The notes under the pieces were generated by a model. That model did no database searches. It was not told the origin of the DNA and worked only from the letters and a program-made list of their open reading frames with translations. Shown here in pieces: positions 20,316-29,713 of a DNA stretch of 64,000 nucleotides. The DNA is taken from positions 50,536 to 114,535 of the forward strand of contig CACMET010000003.1 of assembly GCA_902612825.1 (NCBI GenBank). Direction: 5' to 3'. The translations under genes were made by a program, and so were the position numbers. The stretch is from an uncultured Alphaproteobacteria bacterium (GTDB lineage Bacteria; Pseudomonadota; Alphaproteobacteria; HIMB59; GCA-002718135). How positions within the stretch are numbered: the first letter of the stretch is position 1; each line of letters starts with the position of its first letter.

Positions 20316-21602
20316 ATGAAACTTGATAAGTTTTTTGATGAAAAAACTGTCATTGATTTAAGTTTTTTTAATTTCTCTAATGCTGTCACTGCAGCTTATT
20401 TTGCCAACAGAAACTTAGAAGTTTTGCGAGTAAATAAAAATTTTAAAAAATTTTTTCCAATCCTTAAAACTGTCAATAATATTCCTTTTACTAGTATTTT
20501 AGAGCAACTTGGAGTTGGTGATGAATATATTAAAAATTTTCAACAAAATTTAGAAAAAAATGGTTTTGTTATTATTCCTAAAATTGAAATCAAAATTGGT
20601 GATGAAATAAAAGTATATTCTTTACTTTCTGCTTATACTGAAAACAAAGATTTCCCTTTTTTAAATGGTATTCAAGGACAATTTGTTGATCGAACAGATG
20701 AATATAATCTTCGAAGGGAGAAGGAAGAATTACTTGATCAAAAATTAAAAGATAGAGAATTGATTGAAGAAAAAACTAAAAGATTAGAAAATATTGCTAA
20801 TAGGTTATCAAAATATCTTTCACCTCAAGTATATAAGTCTATTTTTGATGAAGAAGAGTCAGGCAAAAAAACAAAAGAAAACTATGTCAGGAAAAATTTA
20901 ACAATATTTTTTTCTGATATTGTAAATTTTACTGATTTATCTGATTCATTAGAAGCAGAAAAACTTGCTTTAATCTTAAATAATTATCTAAGTGAAATGA
21001 GTTTAATTGCAATAAATTCAAATGCTACAATTGATAAATTTATAGGTGATGCAATTCTTTCCTTTCATGGAGCTCCTGAAACATTAGGAGATGAAAACGA
21101 TGCTATAAATTGTATAAGTATGGCACTAGAAATGAAAGAACGAGTTGATGAGCTTCAATCATTTTGGATTAGACAAGGTGTTAAAGATGGATTGAAAGTG
21201 AGATACGGTATTTCTTCTGGATTTGCAAATGTCGGTGATTTTGGGTCTAGTGTAATGAGTGATTATACGGCTATAGGTTCTTCTGTAAATTTAGCTTCTA
21301 GATTACAATCTATTGCTCCAGAAAATGAAATTATAATCTCTGATACAACGTATAATTTAGTGAAAAATCAAATAAACTGCGAAGAGTATGAAGAAATAAC
21401 TCCTAAAGGTTTTGTTAGGCCCGTTAAGACTTACAAGGTAATTAGTTTTAAAAATAAAACTAATATTAAAACAAAAAAATCATATTCAAAAAAAGGGAAC
21501 CACGTGGATATTCAAATATTTGATAGTTCTGATATGAAGGCTGCAATAAAAGAATTAAAAAAACTACAAGAAGATTTTAGTAAAGAAAATGGCGAAGAGT
21601 AG
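20316..21602 (+). CDS. Class III adenylate/guanylate cyclase with an N-terminal PAS-like sensor region
   Basis: Cyclase motifs FFSDIVNFTDLSD, FIGDAILSFHGAP and GSSVNLASRL. A coiled-coil linker precedes the catalytic domain. Confidence 0.85.
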   Translation: MKLDKFFDEKTVIDLSFFNFSNAVTAAYFANRNLEVLRVNKNFKKFFPILKTVNNIPFTSILEQLGVGDEYIKNFQQNLEKNGFVIIPKIEIKIGDEIKVYSLLSAYTENKDFPFLNGIQGQFVDRTDEYNLRREKEELLDQKLKDRELIEEKTKRLENIANRLSKYLSPQVYKSIFDEEESGKKTKENYVRKNLTIFFSDIVNFTDLSDSLEAEKLALILNNYLSEMSLIAINSNATIDKFIGDAILSFHGAPETLGDENDAINCISMALEMKERVDELQSFWIRQGVKDGLKVRYGISSGFANVGDFGSSVMSDYTAIGSSVNLASRLQSIAPENEIIISDTTYNLVKNQINCEEYEEITPKGFVRPVKTYKVISFKNKTNIKTKKSYSKKGNHVDIQIFDSSDMKAAIKELKKLQEDFSKENGEE

Positions 21603-21612
21603 GGGAATTATT

Positions 21613-23283
21613 CTATTTTAAAAAATTAATTATTGCATTCTTAATATCATTAACAAGATTTTTATTTTCATCTTTAGTTAATTGACTTTCATTTTTTTTC
21701 TTATCAAGTTTTAACTTTCTTTGAGCTAAAATATTTGCAACATAATCATACACATTAGGATTTTTAGAAAATATATCTTTTATTATATCCTTGCTTACTT
21801 TTATAACTATGCAAGGAGTTTCAGCTATAACATTAGCAGATCTAGGTTCACCGGTAAGAAGACTTCCTTCACCAACAAAGTCCCCAACACCAAGTTTTGC
21901 TAAAAATACTTTATCTTTATTTTCATTATCTAAGTAAACAGATACTACTCCGTCATTTATAACGTAAAGAGAATCTCCAGAATCATTTTGTTTAATAATG
22001 TAATCGTCTTTTTCAAAATGGAGCCTTTCAGCATTTTCAGCAATTTCATCTAAATCTTCAGGATTTAAAGACATAAAAATAGGAATTTTTTGGAGTAGGA
22101 CCCTATTTTTTACTGACTCATTATAAGGATTAAATTCACTAACCTGTCTTTTTTCAAAATCCTCTCGACTTCTGAGTGTATCAAGAGCATGTAGCCCTGT
22201 ATCTTCTTCAAGTTTCCCATAAAGTTTTCCAGCAGACATTTGAACGCCTGCATGTCTTAAAGTTTTATGTATTTCCATCATCACACTATCTTGCATTGAA
22301 TTTTTTAAAATTCTTTTTGTGCAATCAAAAGCAACAACAAATTCTAATCCAAATTCATTAGCACCTATAAAACGAACCCACTGTAAATTTAATTGCTCTC
22401 TACCATCAACTGGCTTAGCTTTTTTAAGAGCATTATAGAGTAACTTAGAGATATTTTCTGGGTCATGAGATGGATGAAAATATAATTTATTAAAAATATG
22501 AAATCCTTCACTCATTTTTTCTTTATCTTGTTTGCTCCAATTAGTTAAAATTGAATCTGCAACAATTTCATTTGGAATGATTACTTCAGTATTTTGAAAT
22601 GTTCTTATCCTTGTACTTCTCCAGGTAATATTTTCTACATAACCTGTTTTATCATCAACAGTAATCCAGTCATTTATTGCAAACGGTCTTTCAATATTTA
22701 CAAAAATTCCTTTAATTAAATCTGATAAGCTTGATTGTAAAGAAAGTGCAATAGCTGCAAAAACTATACCACCTGCAGCAAGAATACTTGTAAGCTCTAA
22801 ATTAAAAACAAAGGATAAAACTAAAAATGCAGGTATTGCAAATAATAAAAACTGAAAAAGAAATGTTATTATCTCAGGTATTGTTGTTCCTGATTTATCA
22901 TTTAGTGATAATACTTCGTATTTATAAAACATCATTATGAATATTGATGGAATAAAATATAAAGTTATCAGTAAGATTTTATTTGTAAGGTTACTTATAG
23001 TTTCATTAATTAAAAAAATTTCCTTTTGAATAACTATATCATAGGAAAAATTTACCATTAGATATGATAAAATAGGAAGTATAATGATAGTAAATAGTAC
23101 TCGTGTAAATTTCTTTAATTTGTTTAGCTGTATTACAGAGCCAATAATGAATACAGAAATGAGTATATATAAAGAATTTAAAGTAACTGCATTATTATAA
23201 AATAATAGAATAGATAAAATACATAATAAGCTTATTAAAATAATACTAATCTTAGATAGTAGGTAAAAAATGTTAATTTTCAT
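21613..23283 (-). CDS. MscS-family mechanosensitive channel fused to a C-terminal cyclic-nucleotide-binding domain (bCNG-type)
   Basis: Multi-TM N-terminus; MscS core (IERPFAINDWITVDDKTGYVENITWRSTRIRT); CNBD phosphate-binding cassette GEGSLLTGEPRSANV. Confidence 0.85.
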   Translation of the reverse strand: MKINIFYLLSKISIILISLLCILSILLFYNNAVTLNSLYILISVFIIGSVIQLNKLKKFTRVLFTIIILPILSYLMVNFSYDIVIQKEIFLINETISNLTNKILLITLYFIPSIFIMMFYKYEVLSLNDKSGTTIPEIITFLFQFLLFAIPAFLVLSFVFNLELTSILAAGGIVFAAIALSLQSSLSDLIKGIFVNIERPFAINDWITVDDKTGYVENITWRSTRIRTFQNTEVIIPNEIVADSILTNWSKQDKEKMSEGFHIFNKLYFHPSHDPENISKLLYNALKKAKPVDGREQLNLQWVRFIGANEFGLEFVVAFDCTKRILKNSMQDSVMMEIHKTLRHAGVQMSAGKLYGKLEEDTGLHALDTLRSREDFEKRQVSEFNPYNESVKNRVLLQKIPIFMSLNPEDLDEIAENAERLHFEKDDYIIKQNDSGDSLYVINDGVVSVYLDNENKDKVFLAKLGVGDFVGEGSLLTGEPRSANVIAETPCIVIKVSKDIIKDIFSKNPNVYDYVANILAQRKLKLDKKKNESQLTKDENKNLVNDIKNAIINFLK

Positions 23284-23317
23284 TTTGTAATTTTTGCTAT
23301 AAAGAATTTATATAAAA

Positions 23318-24058
23318 ATGAATTCATTTTCAAAGTATTTATTCGAACACTTGCATTTTGGTCTTGAAGAGAAGGATTTTACTCTTATTGAAAAAATTAT
23401 ATTCTTTCTCATTATATTGAACTGTGTTTTTGTTGTTATTGAGTCAGAAAAATTGATTTACGAGCAATATAATCAGCTCTTTGACTCAGCAAAACTTTTT
23501 TTTGGTATAGTATTTTTAATTGAGTATATTTGTAGATTAATTGCCGTAGATCAAATTGATAAATTTAAAGGATTTAAAGGCAAGATAAATTATATTTTTA
23601 CAGTACCTGCTTTAATTGATGCAATTGCACTTATTCCATTATTTTTAATTGGTATCAATGAAGGTTTCTTAGTACGATTGTTAAGAGCTATAAGAATATT
23701 TAGCATTCTTCGTTTTGGGCGTTTTAGTGAGTCAGTAGATTTTATTCTTCATGCGATATATGACAGGAGACATGAATTAATATTCTCACTTCTGATTACT
23801 TTAAGTTTAATGTTATTATCTGCAACTTTACTTTATGTCGTAGAAGGGGATTTGCAACCAGAAGCTTTTGGTTCAATCCCAAGATCTCTTTGGGTTAGTT
23901 CTGCTGCTTTATTGTCAACTGGTTATGGCGATTATACTCCTATTACGTTTTTAGGAAGGTTTGCAGCAGTATGCACTGCATTGTTTGGAATAGGAGCAGT
24001 TGCTTTACCAGCCGGTATATTAGCAAGTGCTTTTACAGACAGAAAAAATAAAGATTAA
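23318..24058 (+). CDS. Voltage-gated K+ channel (6TM, Kv-like)
   Basis: S4 with LVRLLRAIRIFSILRFGRF; selectivity filter TGYGD. Confidence 0.85.
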   Translation: MNSFSKYLFEHLHFGLEEKDFTLIEKIIFFLIILNCVFVVIESEKLIYEQYNQLFDSAKLFFGIVFLIEYICRLIAVDQIDKFKGFKGKINYIFTVPALIDAIALIPLFLIGINEGFLVRLLRAIRIFSILRFGRFSESVDFILHAIYDRRHELIFSLLITLSLMLLSATLLYVVEGDLQPEAFGSIPRSLWVSSAALLSTGYGDYTPITFLGRFAAVCTALFGIGAVALPAGILASAFTDRKNKD

Positions 24059-25869
24059 TTAATAACTTGAGTTGTAAAATTTTCTAAACTTTTATTCATT
24101 TCTTCATCCGGTAGATGAAAACCTTTAATTGTCTCTTTCCAATCTAATTTTGAATAATCATCATATTTATTAACAAAATATTTATTTTCTTTTAGATTAA
24201 TTTCATTATCCTTTTCTTTTAATGAAAATAAAAGGAATATCCAAGATCGTGGCTCCAACTCTTTAATTTTTTGAGCTTGAGTTATGCAAACATCATAATC
24301 TTTTTTACAAAAATATCCTAATACAAGATCTCTATATCTGTTATCTGATGTTTTTTGGCCAGCAGGAATAGGGTCTAACTCAAGCGCTTTGTGAAGTAAT
24401 TCTAAACCTTGATCAATTTTTTTATTTCTTACTAATATTTCTCCATAAACTGCTAGGACTCTTGGATCATTTGGATTCATAGAATAGGCAATCTTTCCGT
24501 GTTCTTCTGATTCTTCATATTTTTTTTGCATTAAGGAAATAGCTGAGCTAATTCTTCTTACTTCATAATCATTCTCATCGTGCTCTAAACTTTTTTCAAT
24601 ATGGTGAAAAATCATTTTCATCATTTTATCATTATCTTCATAATATTGTTTACCTAGGCCACCACCAATTGTACAAGCTTTAAGTGAATGCGCTCTTGCA
24701 TTCGTTTCATCTTGTTCGAGAGCTTTATCAAAGTGAAATAAAGCTTTATCATTATGTTCTTTTGCTGATGATTGTCTAAGCCAATGATATCTTCCAATAA
24801 CTAAATTTTCATAAGAATTTAAATTTTCAGTGGGTTTTCTTTTGATATTTTGTAAATTTGTAATTTCTATATTACCTAATAATTCTTTTGATATCTTTTG
24901 TACAATTTCATCTTGAATATCAAAAATGTCTTCAAGAACTCTATCATATCGATCACCCCATATAATAGAACCATCTTTTGCATTAGTTAAATCTACTGCT
25001 ACTCTTAATCTATTACCAGCTGATCTAATATTTCCACCAACTAAAAAATCTATTTTATGTTTTTTCGCAAATGTAAGTGCATCTTCATTACTTTTATCAT
25101 GATCGTCACATGTCTTTTTTGATACAACATCAAATTCTTTCATTCTGGAAAACTCTATAATTAAATCACCTGTAATAGCTTCTACCAAAAATTCACTGTC
25201 ATCATTTTTGCTAACATTCTTAAATGTTAGTATAGCTATTTTCGGTTGAGAAGAATTTCGTGAAATAATTACATTATCATCTTGTTTATTATTTTCATCT
25301 TCATTCTTCTCCTCATTAACTGCTTCAGAGAAGAAATCATCTTCATCAATTTTTAAACCTTTTACTTTGAAAACCTCGAATTCATCACTAATATTTTTTA
25401 GTTTTCTTGTACCATCAGCTTCTATTGAATAATCAATTCTTTTATCAACTTGATCTTTGACAATTTTTGACACGAGGATTTTACCTGGTTCACTTTGACT
25501 TTCTAGTCTTGCAGCAACATTAACACCTGAACCCATTATATTATTATTTTCTACAATCACATCATCAACATGAATACCAACTCTCCAGCTTAATTGTAAC
25601 TTAGTTAAAGAATGTTCATTTCTTTCATATAATTTATCCTGAAATTTAATAGCAGCTTTAACACATTGTACAGGACTAGAGAATTCAGCAACAACTGAAT
25701 CACCAGCAGTTGAAAAAATTTTACCACCAAATTCAGCTATAACTTCATCAATTATTTTTCTGCAATCATTAAGATTAGTGAGTGTAAGCTCTTCGCTATC
25801 CTCCATATGTTTACTAAAATTAACACAATCGGTAGCAAGAATAGTTGCTAATTTTCTTTCAGAATTCAT
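24055..25869 (-). CDS. Class III adenylate/guanylate cyclase with a C-terminal TPR region
   Basis: N-terminal cyclase domain (ILATDCVNFSKHM, TAGDSVVAEF, GSGVNVAARLES), a central TolB-N-like segment and C-terminal TPR-like repeats. Confidence 0.85.
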   Translation of the reverse strand: MNSERKLATILATDCVNFSKHMEDSEELTLTNLNDCRKIIDEVIAEFGGKIFSTAGDSVVAEFSSPVQCVKAAIKFQDKLYERNEHSLTKLQLSWRVGIHVDDVIVENNNIMGSGVNVAARLESQSEPGKILVSKIVKDQVDKRIDYSIEADGTRKLKNISDEFEVFKVKGLKIDEDDFFSEAVNEEKNEDENNKQDDNVIISRNSSQPKIAILTFKNVSKNDDSEFLVEAITGDLIIEFSRMKEFDVVSKKTCDDHDKSNEDALTFAKKHKIDFLVGGNIRSAGNRLRVAVDLTNAKDGSIIWGDRYDRVLEDIFDIQDEIVQKISKELLGNIEITNLQNIKRKPTENLNSYENLVIGRYHWLRQSSAKEHNDKALFHFDKALEQDETNARAHSLKACTIGGGLGKQYYEDNDKMMKMIFHHIEKSLEHDENDYEVRRISSAISLMQKKYEESEEHGKIAYSMNPNDPRVLAVYGEILVRNKKIDQGLELLHKALELDPIPAGQKTSDNRYRDLVLGYFCKKDYDVCITQAQKIKELEPRSWIFLLFSLKEKDNEINLKENKYFVNKYDDYSKLDWKETIKGFHLPDEEMNKSLENFTTQVIN

Positions 25870-25978
25870 ATATTTTTTTTAACTAAATTTTTTTTAAAAT
25901 ACCAGCCAAATATGGTAACTATTGTCACAGAATCTTAAAAAACAAATGTATATATAAATAATTTTATAGGAGGGTTTT

Positions 25979-26395
25979 ATGGTTGAAAGTTTTAATGGAA
26001 TTTTTTATTTGATTTTATACATAATTAATATTGCTTTAGCTGGTTATTACTCATTTACATTTTTATTTAATAAAGAAAAAGAATTTGCAAAATATAATAC
26101 TGATTCAAGTGCTGCACCTGCAGCAAATTTTGGAATTTTTTGGGTTACTGCTTTTTTCTTTGTTGGTCTTTATATTTTATTTACTGGACCGGATGGTACT
26201 TGGCCTTTCTTTATAATTAATGTTATTGTCTTTGCAATGGCAACTGTCTACAATTTTTGTTTTCATTTTAAAATAGCTTTCCTTTTTGGAAGAGATAAAG
26301 TTAATTCGACAATAGAACAACCAATTGTATCAGCAGTAGTTCTAGTATTAAACTTATTTATAATTTATGGTTTATCCGATAAAATATATTTATAA
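25979..26395 (+). CDS. 4-TM membrane protein, unknown family
   Basis: 138 aa with SD AGGAGGG upstream. It is a paralogue of the next gene. Confidence 0.6.
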   Translation: MVESFNGIFYLILYIINIALAGYYSFTFLFNKEKEFAKYNTDSSAAPAANFGIFWVTAFFFVGLYILFTGPDGTWPFFIINVIVFAMATVYNFCFHFKIAFLFGRDKVNSTIEQPIVSAVVLVLNLFIIYGLSDKIYL

Positions 26396-26431
26396 TTATA
26401 ATTTGATCGATAATTCAATGAAGGAGAAAAT

Positions 26432-26836
26432 ATGATCGAAGCTTGGGGAGGTACTCTAAATCTAATTTTATATCTAATTAGTATGTTGGGTTTAGGATAC
26501 TATGCATTTCTTACAGTTTTAAGTCCTAATACATTAGTCACTAGATATGATTTAGGAGAAAAATCAGTTCCTATTATAAGAATTGTTGGAACTTTTGTAT
26601 TGCCAATTTTAATTTTGGGAATTTATTTACTTTTTCGAGGACCTGAAGGTGCTTGGATTTTTCTTGTATTAAACTTTCTTGTTTCAACACATCAGGTAAT
26701 TTTAGGCTGGGCTACTAGGTTTAAAATTATAGACCCTGATTCAAAGCAAGATGTTGGTGATGAGATAGTAGGGCATGTATTTGTTATTATAGCAATTGTT
26801 CTGATCTACAGACTTTCTTATACAATATACGCTTAG
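26432..26836 (+). CDS. 4-TM membrane protein, tandem paralogue of 25979..26395
   Basis: 134 aa with shared blocks LILYxI, GYYxF and LFxGPxGxW. SD GAAGGAG lies upstream. Confidence 0.6.
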   Translation: MIEAWGGTLNLILYLISMLGLGYYAFLTVLSPNTLVTRYDLGEKSVPIIRIVGTFVLPILILGIYLLFRGPEGAWIFLVLNFLVSTHQVILGWATRFKIIDPDSKQDVGDEIVGHVFVIIAIVLIYRLSYTIYA

Positions 26837-26843
26837 TTATATT

Positions 26844-26867
26844 AAGCTGGGATTTAAATCCCAGCTT
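26844..26867. terminator. Bidirectional intrinsic terminator (perfect 24-nt palindrome)
   Basis: AAGCTGGGATTT/AAATCCCAGCTT followed by TTT, lying between convergent genes. Confidence 0.65.
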
Positions 26868-26868
26868 T

Positions 26869-27405
26869 TTATCTTAATGAAAATTCTTTAATTTCTGAAA
26901 ATTCAAAACCATCAAAAGCATCTTTTTCAGAGTATTTAGATCTTATTACAACTCCTTCTTTATCAAGAAAGAAATCTGCAGTCATTATATCTAAGTAGCC
27001 GCCAAGTTTAATAGGAATATAACCCTTGAGCATAGCAGAAAGTGCTTTTGGGAATTTAAAAATAAATGCATTCATTAATTTAGTCATTGATCTATCAATT
27101 TCATATTTTTTGTAATAGGTAAAATCTGGATCAGCAAGAACTGTAAATGGAAGAGGTCCGTGTTTTTTCATTTGTTTATTTAAAAACTCAACACTAGAAT
27201 GAAATACTAAAACAATTTCAAAATCTTTTCCAAATTCACTATGTTTATTTTTTAAAAGATTAACTTCTAAATTACAAAACATACAAGAAGCAAATCTCAT
27301 GTATTTTAAATATACTTTTTTTCCTTTAAAATTATTAAGATCAAAATCTGATCCATCCATTTTCTTTAATTTTAGTTCTGGTGCATCACCTTTTTTTATT
27401 TTCAT
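26869..27405 (-). CDS. Peroxiredoxin-like / AhpC-TSA family thioredoxin-fold protein
   Basis: 178 aa with a CxxC in FASCMFCN; thioredoxin-fold pattern. Confidence 0.6.
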   Translation of the reverse strand: MKIKKGDAPELKLKKMDGSDFDLNNFKGKKVYLKYMRFASCMFCNLEVNLLKNKHSEFGKDFEIVLVFHSSVEFLNKQMKKHGPLPFTVLADPDFTYYKKYEIDRSMTKLMNAFIFKFPKALSAMLKGYIPIKLGGYLDIMTADFFLDKEGVVIRSKYSEKDAFDGFEFSEIKEFSLR

Positions 27406-27453
27406 ATTATAACTTTAATACTATAATTACATAAAAAGTAATATTTAATTTTG

Positions 27454-27879
27454 ATGACATTAATAATAACACTAAAATTTATACACTACCTTGCAATTGT
27501 TTTTTCAGGTGGAGTTTTAGTTGGTGGTGGAGTAATTCAATCTGTTTATGCTAAAGCAAATCAAATTCCTGATTTAAATACAGCAAAGATATTGAAGTTA
27601 CTTGGCTATATTGGTCTTATATCCCTAATTGTTTTATGGATATCCGGAATTGTACTATCAATTAATCTCTATGGCGGTTTTATAATTAACAGTGCATTTA
27701 CAATTAAAATAATTGCAGCAGGTATACTTTTAGGGTTGTCTACTTTTGTAAATTTTCATGTATTTAATTCCTCAAAAAATAATTTACCGCCAAATAAAAC
27801 TATAATGAAAATAGCTACAATGAGTGGAAGAGGGTTACTGATAATAGTACTGATATCTGCTGCTATAGCTTTTTATTAA
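27454..27879 (+). CDS. 4-TM membrane protein, unknown function
   Basis: Open frame with hydrophobic helices. I prefer the ATG at 27454 over the TTG at 27451. Confidence 0.5.
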   Translation: MTLIITLKFIHYLAIVFSGGVLVGGGVIQSVYAKANQIPDLNTAKILKLLGYIGLISLIVLWISGIVLSINLYGGFIINSAFTIKIIAAGILLGLSTFVNFHVFNSSKNNLPPNKTIMKIATMSGRGLLIIVLISAAIAFY

Positions 27880-27895
27880 ATTACATTATTATATT

Positions 27896-28414
27896 TTATT
27901 TAAAAAATTCTTCTAATTTATTTAGAGAGCTTTCATTATTTAGAGTTTCATTAAAAATTTCCTCAACTAAATACTTTCCATCTTGAAACTCAGATATGAG
28001 AGTTAAAGTATAAGGTTTAATATCTGCACATATTTTTTGCCTATTTTTAGGATCTTTAACAATACCAGTAGTACATGAAACTAACCACTGCATTCGCATG
28101 TCACTAATATCAACATCATGTGTGGGAGTAATTTGAAGTTCATCTGTATGGTTTGTTATGAAAGTTTTATAAGTTTCACTATTAATTTTTGCATCGTTTA
28201 AAATATTAACTATTCTTTTACACTTTGATTTATCTCCATCTAAAACATGAACTACTGCGTTAATTCTTATATCTCGTACAATCGGTATTTCTCCAAAGCC
28301 AAAATATTGCATTCCACACATACAGACTCTATTCTCCACATCACAATTTCCAGCATTTGAGACATTAAAAAAGCTTAAGCATAGCAAAACAATTAAAGAG
28401 TAAAAAATTTTCAT
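27896..28414 (-). CDS. Secreted Cys-containing protein, unknown function
   Basis: Signal peptide MKIFYSLIVLLCLSFFNVSNA; no recognisable family. Confidence 0.5.
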   Translation of the reverse strand: MKIFYSLIVLLCLSFFNVSNAGNCDVENRVCMCGMQYFGFGEIPIVRDIRINAVVHVLDGDKSKCKRIVNILNDAKINSETYKTFITNHTDELQITPTHDVDISDMRMQWLVSCTTGIVKDPKNRQKICADIKPYTLTLISEFQDGKYLVEEIFNETLNNESSLNKLEEFFK

Positions 28415-28452
28415 ATATTTTCTTTAAATATTGTTACTAATAATAAGAAAAT

Positions 28453-28504
28453 ATTTAAATTTAATAGTTATAATTTTTATTTAAATTTAATAGTTATAAT
28501 TTTT
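28453..28504. repeat. Perfect tandem duplication, 2 x 26 bp (ATTTAAATTTAATAGTTATAATTTTT)
   Basis: Copies at 28453..28478 and 28479..28504 are identical. The second copy contains the last three sense codons and the stop codon of the integrase. Confidence 0.9.
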
Positions 28505-29552
28505 TTGCTGCACTTGTCTCTTTAATATTTGTTAGCTTTGTATATCTATCTATCATTTGTGTTGTTTTATGACCACTTTGAGCCATAATTTCATGAGTGG
28601 GTACTCCATTCATTCTAGCCTGAGTAATTGAACCTATTCTTAGACTATGACCAGAAATTTTATCACAATTTTCTATGCCTGCGTCTTCGGCTCTTTTCTT
28701 TAAAATTAAAACAAAACTTGTGTCAGTCAAACTTATTTTTTGATTTTTATTATTAAGAATATATTTTTCTATATTGTTAGCTTTGTTAATTTTATAAAAG
28801 AGAGGACCTGAGTCAATTAATGCAACGTCTAACCAATTCTTTAACGCAGATACAGGACAATAAGGTGAGTTATTTTTAGGTAAATAGATCATTCTCCCTT
28901 CACCTTTTTGATCAGTTTTAGAAAAAGGAATTAAAACCTGAACACCATCATCTTCAAAATTTAAATGCTCATATTTCATTCCTAACAATTCTGATCTTCT
29001 GCAAAAACTATAAAATCCAATTAATATTAGAGCTTTATCTCTTATGTTTCTAAAATCATCATTATCCTCTGGAATTTTATTAATTATTTTCTCAATATCT
29101 GCTTTCAAAAGCTCCTTTGCTTGACCAGATTTATTATTTCTTTCATCTCTTACAATTGCACTTATCGTTTCTGATATGTTGGGATTTTTTCTATCAAACT
29201 GAAAACCATTAATTCTATATTTATAAGTTATAGAGGCTAAAATTCTTTGTATAGTTGACGCTTTATAGGCTGATGAAGAGTAGGGGTTATTATTTAACTT
29301 TTCTCTTCCTGGAATATTACTTGTTCCTTTCAATATTTTTGCTTCTGGATCTTCATGAAGCCAATCCATATAATTAGCAGTTAAAGCATATGCACTTTCT
29401 AAATCATCAACATCTAATGGACTGCAATTGTATTTATTTTTGCAATAGTCGATAAATTTAAGCCAATCTCCGTTGTATTTGTCCTGAGTATTCTTTGCCT
29501 TAGACTTTTCCTTTAATTTATTTACATTATCATTTAGTGATATTTTAACCAT
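28494..29552 (-). CDS. Tyrosine site-specific recombinase / integrase
   Basis: C-terminal catalytic pattern SGHSLRIGSITQA...HKTTQMIDRYTK (H-x-x-R ... Y), with RRSEL (Arg I) upstream. Confidence 0.9.
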   Translation of the reverse strand: MVKISLNDNVNKLKEKSKAKNTQDKYNGDWLKFIDYCKNKYNCSPLDVDDLESAYALTANYMDWLHEDPEAKILKGTSNIPGREKLNNNPYSSSAYKASTIQRILASITYKYRINGFQFDRKNPNISETISAIVRDERNNKSGQAKELLKADIEKIINKIPEDNDDFRNIRDKALILIGFYSFCRRSELLGMKYEHLNFEDDGVQVLIPFSKTDQKGEGRMIYLPKNNSPYCPVSALKNWLDVALIDSGPLFYKINKANNIEKYILNNKNQKISLTDTSFVLILKKRAEDAGIENCDKISGHSLRIGSITQARMNGVPTHEIMAQSGHKTTQMIDRYTKLTNIKETSAAKKL

Positions 29553-29713
29553 ATTATATATTACGATAATTACAGTTATCGTAAATAATAGTCAAGATAT
29601 AAATATTATATATATAAATCAATAATTTATATCTATTATCTAAATCAATTTAAAATATTACAAACAAGATATAGATTTTCACGTGTAATAAAATACTGTA
29701 TATAGTGTATCAA

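Noticed and set aside
28453-28504. Direct repeats as a CRISPR array
   Set aside because: There are only two copies, they are directly abutting with no spacer, they are extremely AT-rich, and no cas genes are present.
28494-29552. Prophage or transposon around the integrase
   Set aside because: There are no phage structural, replication, excisionase or transposase genes anywhere in the window. Only the lone recombinase and its repeat are present.
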